The notes beneath the pieces were generated by a model. That model worked only from the letters and a program-made list of their open reading frames with translations, was not told where the DNA came from and made no database searches. The position numbers and the translations under genes are program-made. Shown piece after piece: positions 49,707 through 59,805 of a stretch of DNA of 64,000 nucleotides (its first letter is position 1; each line of letters starts with the position of its first letter). The DNA is from an uncultured Verrucomicrobiae bacterium (GTDB taxonomy: Bacteria; Verrucomicrobiota; Verrucomicrobiia; Chthoniobacterales; JAFAMB01): the NCBI GenBank assembly GCA_963762565.1, contig CAVXLD010000009.1, forward strand, positions 125,257 to 189,256, read 5' to 3'.

Positions 49707-51053
49707 GTGGCACAAGAACTATTCGGTACAGACGGCATCCGCGGGATTGCTAACCAAGAGCCATTGACCGCTTCCTCGGTCATCAGGCTGGCGCAAGCGG
49801 CTGCGACGGTCCTATCGCCGGCGCGGAATCAGCCCGGACAGAAGGTAATCGTGGGCAGAGATACCCGCGCTTCCGGGGACTTCCTGGAAGCGGCAGTTGC
49901 TGCCGGACTCTCGTCAGCCGGACTTGATGTGCTACTTGCCGGACCGATTCCTACTCCTGCTGTCGCTTATCTTACCGCCCATCATGAAGCAGCTTTTGGG
50001 GTCGTATTATCAGCCTCACATAACCCTTTCCAAGATAATGGAATCAAGTTCTTTGGCCCCGATGGCTACAAGCTGGACGATGATTTGGAAGAGGCGATTG
50101 AAAAGCGTTTCTTAGGTGGTCCCTCACTTGCCTCAGAGACTGTCGGCCGGGTTGGCCCCCTCAAGCAGGCAGTTGAGCAATACGTGGAGTTTGCTTTGTC
50201 GACGGTCCCTAAGGGATTGTCCTTTAAGGGACAACGGATCGTCTTGGATGTCGCCAACGGGGCAGCCTATCAAACAACGCCCCTTGCACTCGAGCACTTG
50301 GGCATCACCATTGAGGTTCATTCTGCCGAGCCGAACGGCACAAATATCAACGAAAAATGTGGAAGTACTCACCCGGAAGTCCTGCGGAATCTCGTTCTTA
50401 AGTCGGGCGCAAACCTCGGGCTAGCTCACGATGGTGACGCCGATCGGATTTTGCTCGCCGACGAAACCGGTGCGACCCTCGATGGAGACGATATTCTCGC
50501 GATTGCAGCCAAACACCTGATCTCTCGGGGAGACCTTCGATCTAAGACCGTAGTCGCCACCATTATGAGCAATTTCGGTCTGGACGCCCTGCTGAATGGG
50601 ATGGGAGCCACACTCCTGCGAAGCAAAGTCGGAGATCGTCACGTGGTAGAGATGATGCGGCAGCACGACCTGAACTTAGGTGGCGAACAAAGCGGCCACA
50701 TTATCTTCCGGGATTTTACTACTACTGGCGACGGTCTTGTCAGTGCGCTTCAGATCATCGCAATCGCGACCCAGACCAACCAACCTTTGAGTCACCTCAG
50801 GAAGGTGCTCACAAAATTCCCGCAGGAACTCCGCAACATCGTTGTCCGGGAAAAACTGCCGTTTGAACAATTTCCAGCCCTACGCGCTCGACTTGAGTCG
50901 GCAGAAGCCGCACTGGCGGGAAAAGGCCGCGTCGTTTTGCGCTACTCTGGAACAGAACCCAAAGCGCGACTGCTGCTCGAGGGGCCAGACGCAGACCGGC
51001 TGCGCAGTTTGGCGGACGATATTCAGGCTGAGATTGAGAAGGCGCTCGGGTAG
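49707..51053 (+). CDS. glmM: Phosphoglucosamine mutase
   Basis: LFGTDGIRG, GRDTRASG, SASHNP (phospho-Ser), DGDADR, GGEQSGH, RYSGTEP. Confidence 0.95.
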   Translation: MAQELFGTDGIRGIANQEPLTASSVIRLAQAAATVLSPARNQPGQKVIVGRDTRASGDFLEAAVAAGLSSAGLDVLLAGPIPTPAVAYLTAHHEAAFGVVLSASHNPFQDNGIKFFGPDGYKLDDDLEEAIEKRFLGGPSLASETVGRVGPLKQAVEQYVEFALSTVPKGLSFKGQRIVLDVANGAAYQTTPLALEHLGITIEVHSAEPNGTNINEKCGSTHPEVLRNLVLKSGANLGLAHDGDADRILLADETGATLDGDDILAIAAKHLISRGDLRSKTVVATIMSNFGLDALLNGMGATLLRSKVGDRHVVEMMRQHDLNLGGEQSGHIIFRDFTTTGDGLVSALQIIAIATQTNQPLSHLRKVLTKFPQELRNIVVREKLPFEQFPALRARLESAEAALAGKGRVVLRYSGTEPKARLLLEGPDADRLRSLADDIQAEIEKALG

Positions 51054-51056
51054 TCT

Positions 51057-51262
51057 GGTAGGGCGAGGCTCCCGAATAACTATTAGAGCTGAACGAAGGA
51101 GAAGGTTCCGCAGGAGATTTGGTGATGCTAGACCGAAGCGCGCGCCGAGCCGTGGCCCACGCGGCCCCGGCTCGGCAGGCGTCACGGAGTCGCCGGCTGT
51201 CCGTAGCGCAGAGATTGTCGCTCTGCGAAGCACCACCGGCCGTGCGGGAGCCTCGCCCTACC
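51057..51262. repeat. Family B, copy 7
   Basis: Terminal and central arms. Confidence 0.88.
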
Positions 51263-51274
51263 AATAGATCGAAA

Positions 51275-51931
51275 ATGAATTATCTCATCACAGGCACCGA
51301 CACCGGCATCGGCAAAACGTATTGTGGTTGCGGGTTGGTTCGGGCCGCGCGCGCTGCCGGGCTTAAGTGCAGTGGAATGAAGCCATTTTGCACTGGCGAT
51401 ACTTCCGACGTCGACCTTATCGCTGCGGTTGGCGGCAATGACGTGCCTCAACACCTTTTGAACCCGGTCTGGCTTCGACCGCCACTGGCGCCCTACGTCG
51501 CCGCCATGCTCGAGAATCGGCCGATCGATATCACGGCGGTTCAAAAAGCTTATCATGAGCTCGCCGCCAAGTACGAGCTTGTGTTGGTCGAGGGGGCAGG
51601 CGGCTTACTGGTGCCTATCCTCCGCCACTACAATTTCCGAGACCTGGCGGTCGATTTGGGTCTAGCCGTTATCCTGGTCGCTCCCAACCGGCTGGGAGTG
51701 ATCAACCATGTGTTGCTCAGCGCGGAATCGATCGCGAGGGCCGGACTTCCCTTGGCTCTAGTGATCTTGAATGAGCTCGATCCCGAATCGAGCCTCGCTA
51801 CTCAAACCAATCCCAGCATTTTGGAAGAGCTTCTGAATGTGCCTTTGTATTTGTCCCCGTTTGGAAACCAGGATTTCTCCTGTGCGCTGAAGTTGATTGG
51901 CTTGCCATCTCAAGGCGCGACTAATCCATAG
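51275..51931 (+). CDS. bioD: Dethiobiotin synthase
   Basis: ITGTDTGIGKT, MKPFCTG, VEGAGGLLVP, LGVINH. Confidence 0.94.
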   Translation: MNYLITGTDTGIGKTYCGCGLVRAARAAGLKCSGMKPFCTGDTSDVDLIAAVGGNDVPQHLLNPVWLRPPLAPYVAAMLENRPIDITAVQKAYHELAAKYELVLVEGAGGLLVPILRHYNFRDLAVDLGLAVILVAPNRLGVINHVLLSAESIARAGLPLALVILNELDPESSLATQTNPSILEELLNVPLYLSPFGNQDFSCALKLIGLPSQGATNP

Positions 51932-52015
51932 CCACGCGCTTGATCGAGGACGAGGACGACGACGAGAACGAGGACGAATTCGGAGCCTCGCCCCCCAATC
52001 ACCTCTCACCGGCCC

Positions 52016-52996
52016 TCACGCCCTCCGAACAGCCCGAACGCTGACGTGATTGGTGTCCGGCAGCACGAACTTCTTTAGTTCGACCTCTAGATACGCCAAG
52101 GAGAACTTCCTGATCATGTGGTCCGCGAGCTGCGACACCAGGGTTTCGATCAGGTTGTACTTGCTTTCACTGACGAACCGGGACATCTCGGCGGCAACCG
52201 CTGAGTAGTCGACCGTCTTAGATAAGTCGTCATTCAGATCCTGGAACCGCTCAAAGGTTCGAAACCGAAGCGTGATCGCCAATGTCTGGGCTGTCGCGCG
52301 CTCTTCCTCTGAGACGCCAATATGACCGGGCACTTTCCTATCCGCGATCTCGTAGGTTTGATCCTGGTCATCCCTCGGCGTTCCCAGCACTTGCTGCAGT
52401 TCAGTAAATCCTGGCACAATTAAGGCCGCTCCCGCAGCGGATAGTTTGTCCACGGTGTCGAACCCAGTGAGAATCCCAATCGGAAGGATACCGCACTTTT
52501 TGGCAGCCTCGATATCGTGCGCCATATCGCCAACAAAGGCGGTTTCCTGTGGAATCAGGCGATTTTCGGCCAACATCCGCCTGATCTCAGCCGCCTTGTC
52601 GATGACTTCGACATACACCCTGAGAAAATAATCTTGGACACCGAGCCGCCGGGTTTGCTCGTTAAAATGGTGCCCGTACATCGTGCTAATTGCGTAAAGC
52701 GAGCGATTCGAGCCGCGACAAAATTCCAGGAACTCGCTTACTCCAGGTAGCAGGCCCACCTCACCTCGCCGGACTTGGAACTGGCGATGATAGACTTCGT
52801 CGATTCGTTCCATGGGTACACCGGGAAGGAACCGTTCGTAGAAGCGCGACAATGGCAAAGCGAATTCGGACCGAAAGGCCTCTCTGGAAATCTCCGCTCG
52901 ACCAAACTCGCGGAAAACGTCTTTAGTCGCTTGCACCACCGCGCCAAGGTCATCAACGACAGTTCCAGACCAATCGAGAATGATATTTCGGATCAC
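52016..52996 (-). CDS. HAD-family hydrolase fused to dihydroneopterin aldolase (FolB)
   Basis: N-terminal LDWSGTVVDD...FVGDMAHDIEAA (HAD); C-terminal GHIGVSEEER...Q, DDLSKTVDY, LIETL, VELKK (FolB). Confidence 0.82.
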   Translation of the reverse strand: MIRNIILDWSGTVVDDLGAVVQATKDVFREFGRAEISREAFRSEFALPLSRFYERFLPGVPMERIDEVYHRQFQVRRGEVGLLPGVSEFLEFCRGSNRSLYAISTMYGHHFNEQTRRLGVQDYFLRVYVEVIDKAAEIRRMLAENRLIPQETAFVGDMAHDIEAAKKCGILPIGILTGFDTVDKLSAAGAALIVPGFTELQQVLGTPRDDQDQTYEIADRKVPGHIGVSEEERATAQTLAITLRFRTFERFQDLNDDLSKTVDYSAVAAEMSRFVSESKYNLIETLVSQLADHMIRKFSLAYLEVELKKFVLPDTNHVSVRAVRRA

Positions 52997-53091
52997 TAAG
53001 AATCCTTGAAAGGCAAAGAACCTCGAAAAGCAAGTAATCCTCTCAAAGAAGACTACTGTTTTTCGAGGTTATTTGCCTTTGAAGAATTCTA

Positions 53092-53451
53092 CTAGCCGAC
53101 TGAGAATCGGATTTCTCGAACCAGCTTGGAGCCGAAACGCACCCGGATCTTTTCCAGGATCATGCCTTTCCATTGGCGATCGAGCTCGTAGAGAACGGTG
53201 GGTTGTAACACCAGCACCTGTAACACGCCATTTGCCAGGCGAGCTGGACGCGAGTGTTGGGCAAAAAATTCGCCCACAATTTCATTCCACGCCGCCAGCA
53301 TCTCCTCTTCGCGTAAGCGATTCTGCAGGCCTAGTTTAGGCGCAAGCTGCGCGATCACTTCCTTAACGCTGATCGTCCGCTCCGGTATTGGCGCCGGTTC
53401 CGAGACTCCTCTCCATTCGGCCAGAACTTGCTCGCGCAGTGTTCTCTTCAA
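53092..53451 (-). CDS. DUF721/DciA family protein
   Basis: AWNEIVGEFFAQHSRPARLANGVLQV...L.EL....ILEKI...VREIRF. Confidence 0.8.
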   Translation of the reverse strand: MKRTLREQVLAEWRGVSEPAPIPERTISVKEVIAQLAPKLGLQNRLREEEMLAAWNEIVGEFFAQHSRPARLANGVLQVLVLQPTVLYELDRQWKGMILEKIRVRFGSKLVREIRFSVG

Positions 53452-53473
53452 TCGAATGCCGCTCTACCGGCTG

Positions 53474-53764
53474 GTGTCCTGTCCCATAAATAACATGGCT
53501 TTCGTTGCGATCAAAATGGGCCGCCGGCAAGGCGGTCCGAGCCGGACTGGCGGTAAGAGGGCGCATATCTTGATCGATACGTAACCGACGAGCAACGCAG
53601 CCGCCGGCCCATTTTCATCGCAACCCTCCGGGCCGTGGCCAGTTGGCTGTTTTTCCGCGTTGCTCGCTCGACCCGTATGAACCAGATATGGGCGCTTCGC
53701 TCGCGCCTTGAAAAACAGCCAACTGGCCGACGGCGAAAGCCACGTTATTTATGGGACAGGACAC
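53474..53764. mobile_element. MITE-like element with 31-bp terminal inverted repeats
   Basis: GTGTCCTGTCCCATAAATAACATGGCTTTCG (53474-53504) versus 53734-53764, one mismatch; two internal hairpins; no credible ORF. Confidence 0.6.
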
Positions 53765-53997
53765 TAAGTTCCGTCGCTCCCGATAGCCTCTACCGGACAC
53801 CCTTCCATCGCCTCTTTGCAAAGACCTTCTTCCTCGGAACTTTCCGGTTGCTTGAAAACATAGGAATGGCCGCCATCGTCATCCCGCGTGAAGTTTGCGG
53901 GCGCAGTCTCACGGCAGAGATCACAGTCTATGCATTGATCATCGACGTAAAATTTACCTGCCACATTCTGTGGATATTTGTTCGCAACGTCAGCCAT
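53764..53997 (-). CDS. Ferredoxin
   Basis: CIDCDLC...AP.NF, CPVEAIG. Confidence 0.92.
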   Translation of the reverse strand: MADVANKYPQNVAGKFYVDDQCIDCDLCRETAPANFTRDDDGGHSYVFKQPESSEEEGLCKEAMEGCPVEAIGSDGT

Positions 53998-54412
53998 AAA
54001 CCAAACCGTCTCTCTCTTTTCCGGTTAAAACTAGAATGCGCCACTCGGGCAGTCCCTTCCGTTTCCGAAGTGCGCAATCTAACGATTGCCTCTAACACTG
54101 CAAGAAGAACTCAAAGGACCCGGTAACTAAGGATATCTCGTCCTAGTTAGCCAAGGAGCAACCGTTTTTCGCCTATTGTGGAGGAAGATGCACCCGGGAG
54201 GGATCGCGTCCTCGCCCGGCAGCCGCCGGATTGTTTCCGGAGTCGACAGTGGTGGACGATCGAGGATTTAAATACTCCTCTAGGTCCGGAACGTCTTCGC
54301 AGCGCGCGAGGACGCGCGCGGAGATGTTTTCGGCGATCACGGCATCTTCGGTGTTCCCACCGGTTGACGGCGTTGTCGATCGATCGGACCGTCTAAGCCA
54401 CATCGAAAAGGA

Positions 54413-55216
54413 ATGACATCAACTACGCTCCGCCCAAAAGAAGGCTGGCATGTGCTTCATCTGTTTTATCGCGTCGACTACGCTTCCTGGCGCCTACTAA
54501 GCAAGGAAGAACAAATCGAGGCCAAAACCGCGATATCGGCCTTAGTGCAACAGATTCGTGCCACCGAAGAAACGCAGCTTTTGACCTTCAGTGTCGTCTC
54601 TCCCAAAGCAGACCTGGGATTCATGTTGCTCACTCCCGATCTTCATTTTGCGAACGCGGTGGAAAAGAAACTTTCGCTCTCCCTGGGCGATGACGTGTTG
54701 TCGCCCGCCTTCAGCTTCTATTCTCTCACAGAACGGAGCGAATACACGACCACCGAGGAAGAGTACCGAGCGAGCCTGCCGAACGAGCAATCCACGCAAG
54801 AGATCGACGAATCAATGAAGGAATTTCGTGCTCGTATGGACAAGTACCTGCAAGATCGCCTTTACCCGAACGTCGCGGATTGGCCGGTGCTTTGCTTTTA
54901 TCCGATGAGCAAGCGACGCGGCGAACAAGAGAATTGGTATCGCCTTTCGTTTGATGAACGAAAGCAACTTATGTCAGGACATGGCCGAGTCGGACGTCAA
55001 TACGCTGGTCGGATCCGCCAGCTTATCACTGGCGCGACGGGTTTAGACGACTGGGAATGGGGCGTCACGTTGCTTGCCCATGATATCTTCGACGTTAAGT
55101 CTATCGTGTACGAGATGCGTTTTGACGACGTGAGCGCCCGTTTCGCCGAATTCGGCGAATTCTTCATCGGCTTGCAACTTCCTCTGGATCAGCTCTTTCA
55201 ACGATTGCTGCTTTGA
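54413..55216 (+). CDS. chdC: Coproheme decarboxylase / heme-dependent peroxidase (ChdC/HemQ)
   Basis: EGWHVLHLFY, FYPMSKRR, M.GHG.VGR.Y, GLDDWEWGVTL, YEMRFD.VSA. Confidence 0.88.
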   Translation: MTSTTLRPKEGWHVLHLFYRVDYASWRLLSKEEQIEAKTAISALVQQIRATEETQLLTFSVVSPKADLGFMLLTPDLHFANAVEKKLSLSLGDDVLSPAFSFYSLTERSEYTTTEEEYRASLPNEQSTQEIDESMKEFRARMDKYLQDRLYPNVADWPVLCFYPMSKRRGEQENWYRLSFDERKQLMSGHGRVGRQYAGRIRQLITGATGLDDWEWGVTLLAHDIFDVKSIVYEMRFDDVSARFAEFGEFFIGLQLPLDQLFQRLLL

Positions 55217-55328
55217 GTAGTAGGAGCTAGGAGAGGACATGCGCAGCGCCGATCCCAAATCGTTCTCGTCCTCGTCGTCGTCCTCGAAAAGCGTTGTTTC
55301 TCCTAAGAGTTGTGTAGGACCCCAGGGC

Positions 55329-55541
55329 CTGGAGGGGAGCCGCTTCGCCAGGTGGCAACTCTATCGGATGGCAGCAGGCGGCTCCCGGGAACTACCCAGC
55401 GCTTGCTGTGCAGTGAGGGCGCGCTCGAAATAGCACCGACTCGCAAAGCCGCCACAGAACTGCCTAGCTCTGGGGCCGTGCTCGGGAGCCGCCTGCTGCG
55501 AAGTAATAGTACTGCCGAACTACAAAGCGGCTCCCCTCCAG
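55329..55541. repeat. Family A, copy 5
   Basis: Same arms; close to copy 4. Confidence 0.85.
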
Positions 55542-55615
55542 GCCACGGGCGCATAATGCCACCCCGCCCTAGCTACCTCTAGATTCTTCTCTAAGCCGCG
55601 TTAGGTTGATGTCGG

Positions 55616-56440
55616 ATGTCCACCACCAAGGAGAAAGTCGAGAGGCTCCGGGAAGAGCTTCGGGCTCATTCACCTCTCTTGATCGCCTATTCCGGCGGTG
55701 TAGACAGTACTTACTTGCTCGCGGAAGCCGTCGAAATCCTGGGCCCGAAAGCATTGGCCGTCATCGCCGATAGCCCGTCATTACCTCGCAGGGCGCTAGC
55801 ATCCGCCATCGGTGTCGCCGACTCGTTAAATGCCCGGCTGCAAATCCTCAACACGACGGAGCTCGATCGGCCGGACTACGCAGCTAACCCGCTGAATCGG
55901 TGCTACTTTTGCAAAGCCGAGTTGTTCCAAAGAATGGCTGATCTGGCTCAATCTCAGCATTTCGCTGCTCTCGCTTATGGAGAAAACGCAGACGACGCAC
56001 TTGAATTTCGGCCTGGTGCAAAGGCGGCGGCTGAATTCCAAGTGTTGGCCCCACTGCGAACAGCAGGGCTCACTAAATCCGAAATCCGATCTCTTTCCCG
56101 AGCACGTAACCTCCCAACAGCAGATCAACCAGCGCAGCCTTGTCTCAGTTCTCGAGTTCAGCAGGGCATACCGATCGATCGAGGTGTCCTTTCTATGGTA
56201 GAGCTGGCTGAGGAAGCGGTTCGTGATCACGGATTTCAAGTGTTTCGGGTACGCTACCTTCGCCACCACAATGGAGCACCCGCCGCCAAGTTACAGATAG
56301 CGTCAGGCGAGATGGATCGGTTGCCGACGCATTGGCCGAAGATTCGCGCGGCTCTGATCGCCATCGGGTTCGGCGCAGCGTTTTGGGACCCAGCCGGGTA
56401 TCAGCCGCCAGCTCAGAAGCCGGTAGGGCGAGGCTCCTGA
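55616..56440 (+). CDS. larE: ATP-dependent sulfur transferase LarE
   Basis: AYSGGVDS PP-loop, NRCYFCK, RPG..AA, PCLSSR. Confidence 0.92.
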   Translation: MSTTKEKVERLREELRAHSPLLIAYSGGVDSTYLLAEAVEILGPKALAVIADSPSLPRRALASAIGVADSLNARLQILNTTELDRPDYAANPLNRCYFCKAELFQRMADLAQSQHFAALAYGENADDALEFRPGAKAAAEFQVLAPLRTAGLTKSEIRSLSRARNLPTADQPAQPCLSSRVQQGIPIDRGVLSMVELAEEAVRDHGFQVFRVRYLRHHNGAPAAKLQIASGEMDRLPTHWPKIRAALIAIGFGAAFWDPAGYQPPAQKPVGRGS

Positions 56441-56631
56441 ATAATCCAGCCCGATAGCGAAGCGTCTGGGGGTTGCCTTACCAATTAGCGTGTTATGTCA
56501 TAGCGACCGCCAAGCCGTGGTCTATCGTGGGCCACGGCTCGGCGCGTTTATCAGCGTAACTGCACCGTCCTTTTGGGCGATTACCAGGCGCTTCGGATTT
56601 ATTTGGGGTTACTCGGGAGCCTCGCCCTACC
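56422..56631. repeat. Family B, copy 8 (overlaps the larE stop)
   Basis: Terminal and central arms. Confidence 0.85.
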
Positions 56632-56661
56632 AGTTTCCTTGCTATTTGCTATTTATTCCCC

Positions 56662-58083
56662 ATGACTCTCCCCACCAGCCTGCCAGCATTTGATCCAGGA
56701 GGACGGCTGCCACCCGAACCTAGTGTCGAGCCATTCCTGCTGGAGATTCGCCGCAGCCTGGAAGACCCAAGGAATCGAATACTGGTACTGGATGACGATC
56801 CGACCGGTGTCCAGACAATGCGGGACATTGAGATTCTCACTACGTGGGAACCTGATCTGGTCGAGCGCACATTAGGTGAACAGCTCCGTATCCTCTACTT
56901 GCTCACCAACTCACGAGCGCTCGATGAGTCCACTGCCGTCAAATTAACCGCTTCGGTGGTCGCAGTGCTCCGCTCTGCTGCTCTGAAAAATCAGATCCGG
57001 TTCTCTCCGATCAGCAGAAGTGATTCAACCTTACGCGGTCATTACCCAGCTGAACTCGGGCCGTTCGTCGACCTGTTGTCACGGCCTCCAGACGGACATC
57101 TGATTGTGCCGGCCTACCCAGAGGGTGGCAGGATCGTGTTCGACGGCTGCCACTTTGTTTACGATCACTCCAGCCGCCGCTATGTGCCGGTCACAGAAAC
57201 GGATTTCTCAAGAGATCCTACGTTTGGTTTTTCTCATTATCGGCTATCAGAGTGGGTTGAGGAAAAGTCGAAAGGTGCTTGGAAATCCAGCCAGGTGCTA
57301 TCTGTTCCGCTAAAAATGCTGCGGGAGGGCGGACCAGACGAGGTGGCCGCACTCTTGATGCGGGCCGAACACAATGTCCCCATCGTAGTAGACACCGTTA
57401 CTGATTCCGATCTGGTTGTGCTGTCCGCAGGGCTTCTCCGTGCCGAGAATGCCGGGAAGAGATTTCTTTGCCGGACCGCAGCTCCTTTTGTCAGAAGCAG
57501 ACTAGGCGAATTGCCCGCGACCATCCTCGATGCAGGCGCAATCGGCTTCGGTCCGGGTCTGGTATTAGTCGGCTCGTACGTGCAACGGAGCAGCGAACAG
57601 TTGGCGCAGGCTCGCGCCCTCTCAAATGTCGACTCGATCGAACTTCTGGTTGAGCGCCTGTTCGAACCCGTTGAAGCCGAACGACATCTAACGGGTCTAG
57701 TTGAAGCCATCGAATCGAGTCTGGCTGGCCAGAAGACGGCCCTGGTATTCACTAGTCGGGGGCTGGTGTCTCAGCGTGGACAACTCAGTCACGTCCAGAT
57801 TTCCGCTATTGTGTCCGATGCGCTCTCCAGTATTCCCACCAAGCTCAGCCGGCCGCCAAGGTGGTTGATTGCCAAGGGCGGCATCACTTCAAACGATGTT
57901 TTGACGAAAGGGCTGAAAGCCAAAAGAGCTAGGGTTCTCGGGCAGGTCGCTTCCGGAGTCTCCGCTCTCAAGCTCGGCCCGGAATCTGCCTATCCAGGTC
58001 TGCCTTTTATCGTTTTCCCTGGCAACGTTGGCGGTCCTTCGACCTTGGCGGATCTGATAACGAATTTGAGTAGAAGCCGGTAG
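56662..58083 (+). CDS. Four-carbon acid sugar kinase family protein (DUF1537)
   Basis: VLDDDPTGVQT, SRSDSTLRGH, VGSYV, AKGGITS, FPGNVG. Confidence 0.88.
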   Translation: MTLPTSLPAFDPGGRLPPEPSVEPFLLEIRRSLEDPRNRILVLDDDPTGVQTMRDIEILTTWEPDLVERTLGEQLRILYLLTNSRALDESTAVKLTASVVAVLRSAALKNQIRFSPISRSDSTLRGHYPAELGPFVDLLSRPPDGHLIVPAYPEGGRIVFDGCHFVYDHSSRRYVPVTETDFSRDPTFGFSHYRLSEWVEEKSKGAWKSSQVLSVPLKMLREGGPDEVAALLMRAEHNVPIVVDTVTDSDLVVLSAGLLRAENAGKRFLCRTAAPFVRSRLGELPATILDAGAIGFGPGLVLVGSYVQRSSEQLAQARALSNVDSIELLVERLFEPVEAERHLTGLVEAIESSLAGQKTALVFTSRGLVSQRGQLSHVQISAIVSDALSSIPTKLSRPPRWLIAKGGITSNDVLTKGLKAKRARVLGQVASGVSALKLGPESAYPGLPFIVFPGNVGGPSTLADLITNLSRSR

Positions 58084-58381
58084 GGCGAGGCTCGTATCGG
58101 CGTATGGGCGTGTCGGTGGCCATATTTTGGTGGGGCGAGGCTCCCGAATGATCTGATCGTTTGAGCAAAGCGATTGGTAATGCGGAGGTCTCTCGTTTTG
58201 TTAGGCCTTAAAACGCGCCGAGCCGTGGTCTATCGTGGGCCACGGCTCGGCGCGTCTAGAGGCTCTATCAATATTCGTCAGTAGGGCTCGGGCGGTTTAC
58301 CCCGGCGAATCACAGGGCCTTTCAGGAGCCTCGCCCCACCAAAATGGAGACCGCCGACACGCCGACACACCTCGCCCTACC
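58079..58381. repeat. Family B copy 9 (58129-58340) nested inside octamer repeats and an outer B remnant
   Basis: GGTAGGGCGAGGCTC + GGCGTGTCGG ... full B ... CCGACACGCCGACAC + CCTCGCCCTACC. Confidence 0.82.
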
Positions 58382-58435
58382 ATTCCTTGTGGCGCCGAGC
58401 CCAAGACTGGACCAGATTAGCAATCGATCCAACGC

Positions 58436-59155
58436 ATGGAGCAGGAGCATACCCCGGCGCCAGAGGAAAACGAGGAAGCAACCGAGCTCAACACTCAGGC
58501 TGCGAAAAAGAAGATCTTGTTGGTAGACGATCATCCGATCTTTCGGCATGGTTTAACGGAACTACTCAACCGGCAGGTTGATCTGGTCGTCTGCGGTCAC
58601 GCTGATTCCGCCCCCAGCGCCCTGGAGCAGATGCGCAACCTGAAGCCGGACTTAGCGATTCTCGACATCACTCTTCAGGGCACAAACGGCATAGAGCTGG
58701 TAAAACTGATGAAAGCCGAAGTGCCTAAACTACCGATTCTCGTTCTATCCATGCACGACGAGTCTTTGTATGCCCTGCGTGCCCTGAAGGCAGGCGCCCT
58801 CGGGTATGTGATGAAAGTAGATGGCGTTCAACCGATCTTGGATGCGATTTATCGAGCGCTAAAAGGCAAGCTTTTCGTCAGCGAACGCCTGGGAGAAAAA
58901 CTCATTTTCAAGGCGATCCATGCATCCGAAGACGATTCTCCTTCGCCCGTCGATCGCCTCTCAGATCGCGAACTGGAGGTTTTGGTTATGTTGGGGCGCG
59001 GACACAGCACTCGCTCAATCGCCAAAGAGATCAATCTTAGCGTTAAAACCATCGAGACCCACCGGGCACACATCAAAGAAAAGCTAGGCTTTGCGGATGC
59101 AAATGAAATGGTGCGCTTCGCCACCGACTGGGTGGCACACCAGGAGCTGAGCTAA
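58436..59155 (+). CDS. NarL/LuxR-family response regulator
   Basis: LLVDDHPIFR, LDITL, LSMHDE, LSDRELEVL...GRG HTH; no adjacent sensor kinase. Confidence 0.93.
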   Translation: MEQEHTPAPEENEEATELNTQAAKKKILLVDDHPIFRHGLTELLNRQVDLVVCGHADSAPSALEQMRNLKPDLAILDITLQGTNGIELVKLMKAEVPKLPILVLSMHDESLYALRALKAGALGYVMKVDGVQPILDAIYRALKGKLFVSERLGEKLIFKAIHASEDDSPSPVDRLSDRELEVLVMLGRGHSTRSIAKEINLSVKTIETHRAHIKEKLGFADANEMVRFATDWVAHQELS

Positions 59156-59452
59156 CGAGCGGAAGAGACGTGGCGGCTCTTGAGGAGTAGCCAAAAAGTA
59201 ATCAGTACTAGAGCAAAAGAACTAGCTGGACACCAGCTTTCTCTCTCCATGTTACTGGCGTCCAGCCGGCAGAAGCCCATCCATGGTGAGGGTTACATTA
59301 GGCCGTAACTTTGACCTCGCTAGGCAAAAGGAATCAGATATTAGCCTGATTGGACTATCAGGCGTGTAGGGTATGCAGTTGACGGTTTGCGGTTCGCCTC
59401 GTCCCTCGATCGAGCGGGTAGCGCGTTGATGCAATGGGCGATTACCCAGCGC

Positions 59453-59722
59453 CTGGAGGGGAGCCGCTTTGGCGCTCATCTCTCCACCCTCGCGAATTTC
59501 GTCGCAATACTAATCTGGTCGAAACGCGCAAAAACAGGCGGCTCCCGAGAACGACCCAGCGGTTTGCAGATCTAAGGCCCGGTTTGAACGAATCGGAGCC
59601 ATGGGTAAATCTTCTCGCTGGGTCATTCGCGGGAGCCGCCTGATGCGACATTTCGTGGTCGGGGTTGCGCTGAAAGAAATACCGCGAGGTCCTGTGGTAG
59701 CTGCCAAAGCGGCTCCCCTCCG
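59453..59722. repeat. Family A, copy 6 (longer loops)
   Basis: Same arms. Confidence 0.8.
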
Positions 59723-59805
59723 GGGCGTTGGGAACAGAAACGCCTTGTCAACGCACCGCCCGCTCGATCGAGGACGAGAACGACAAAAATCGCCGACCGC
59801 TAACC

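Noticed and set aside
53019..53070. AACCTCGAAAA/TTTTCGAGGTT hairpin upstream of the HAD-FolB gene as a folate riboswitch
   Set aside because: A single helix with no recognisable THF or ZTP riboswitch motifs.
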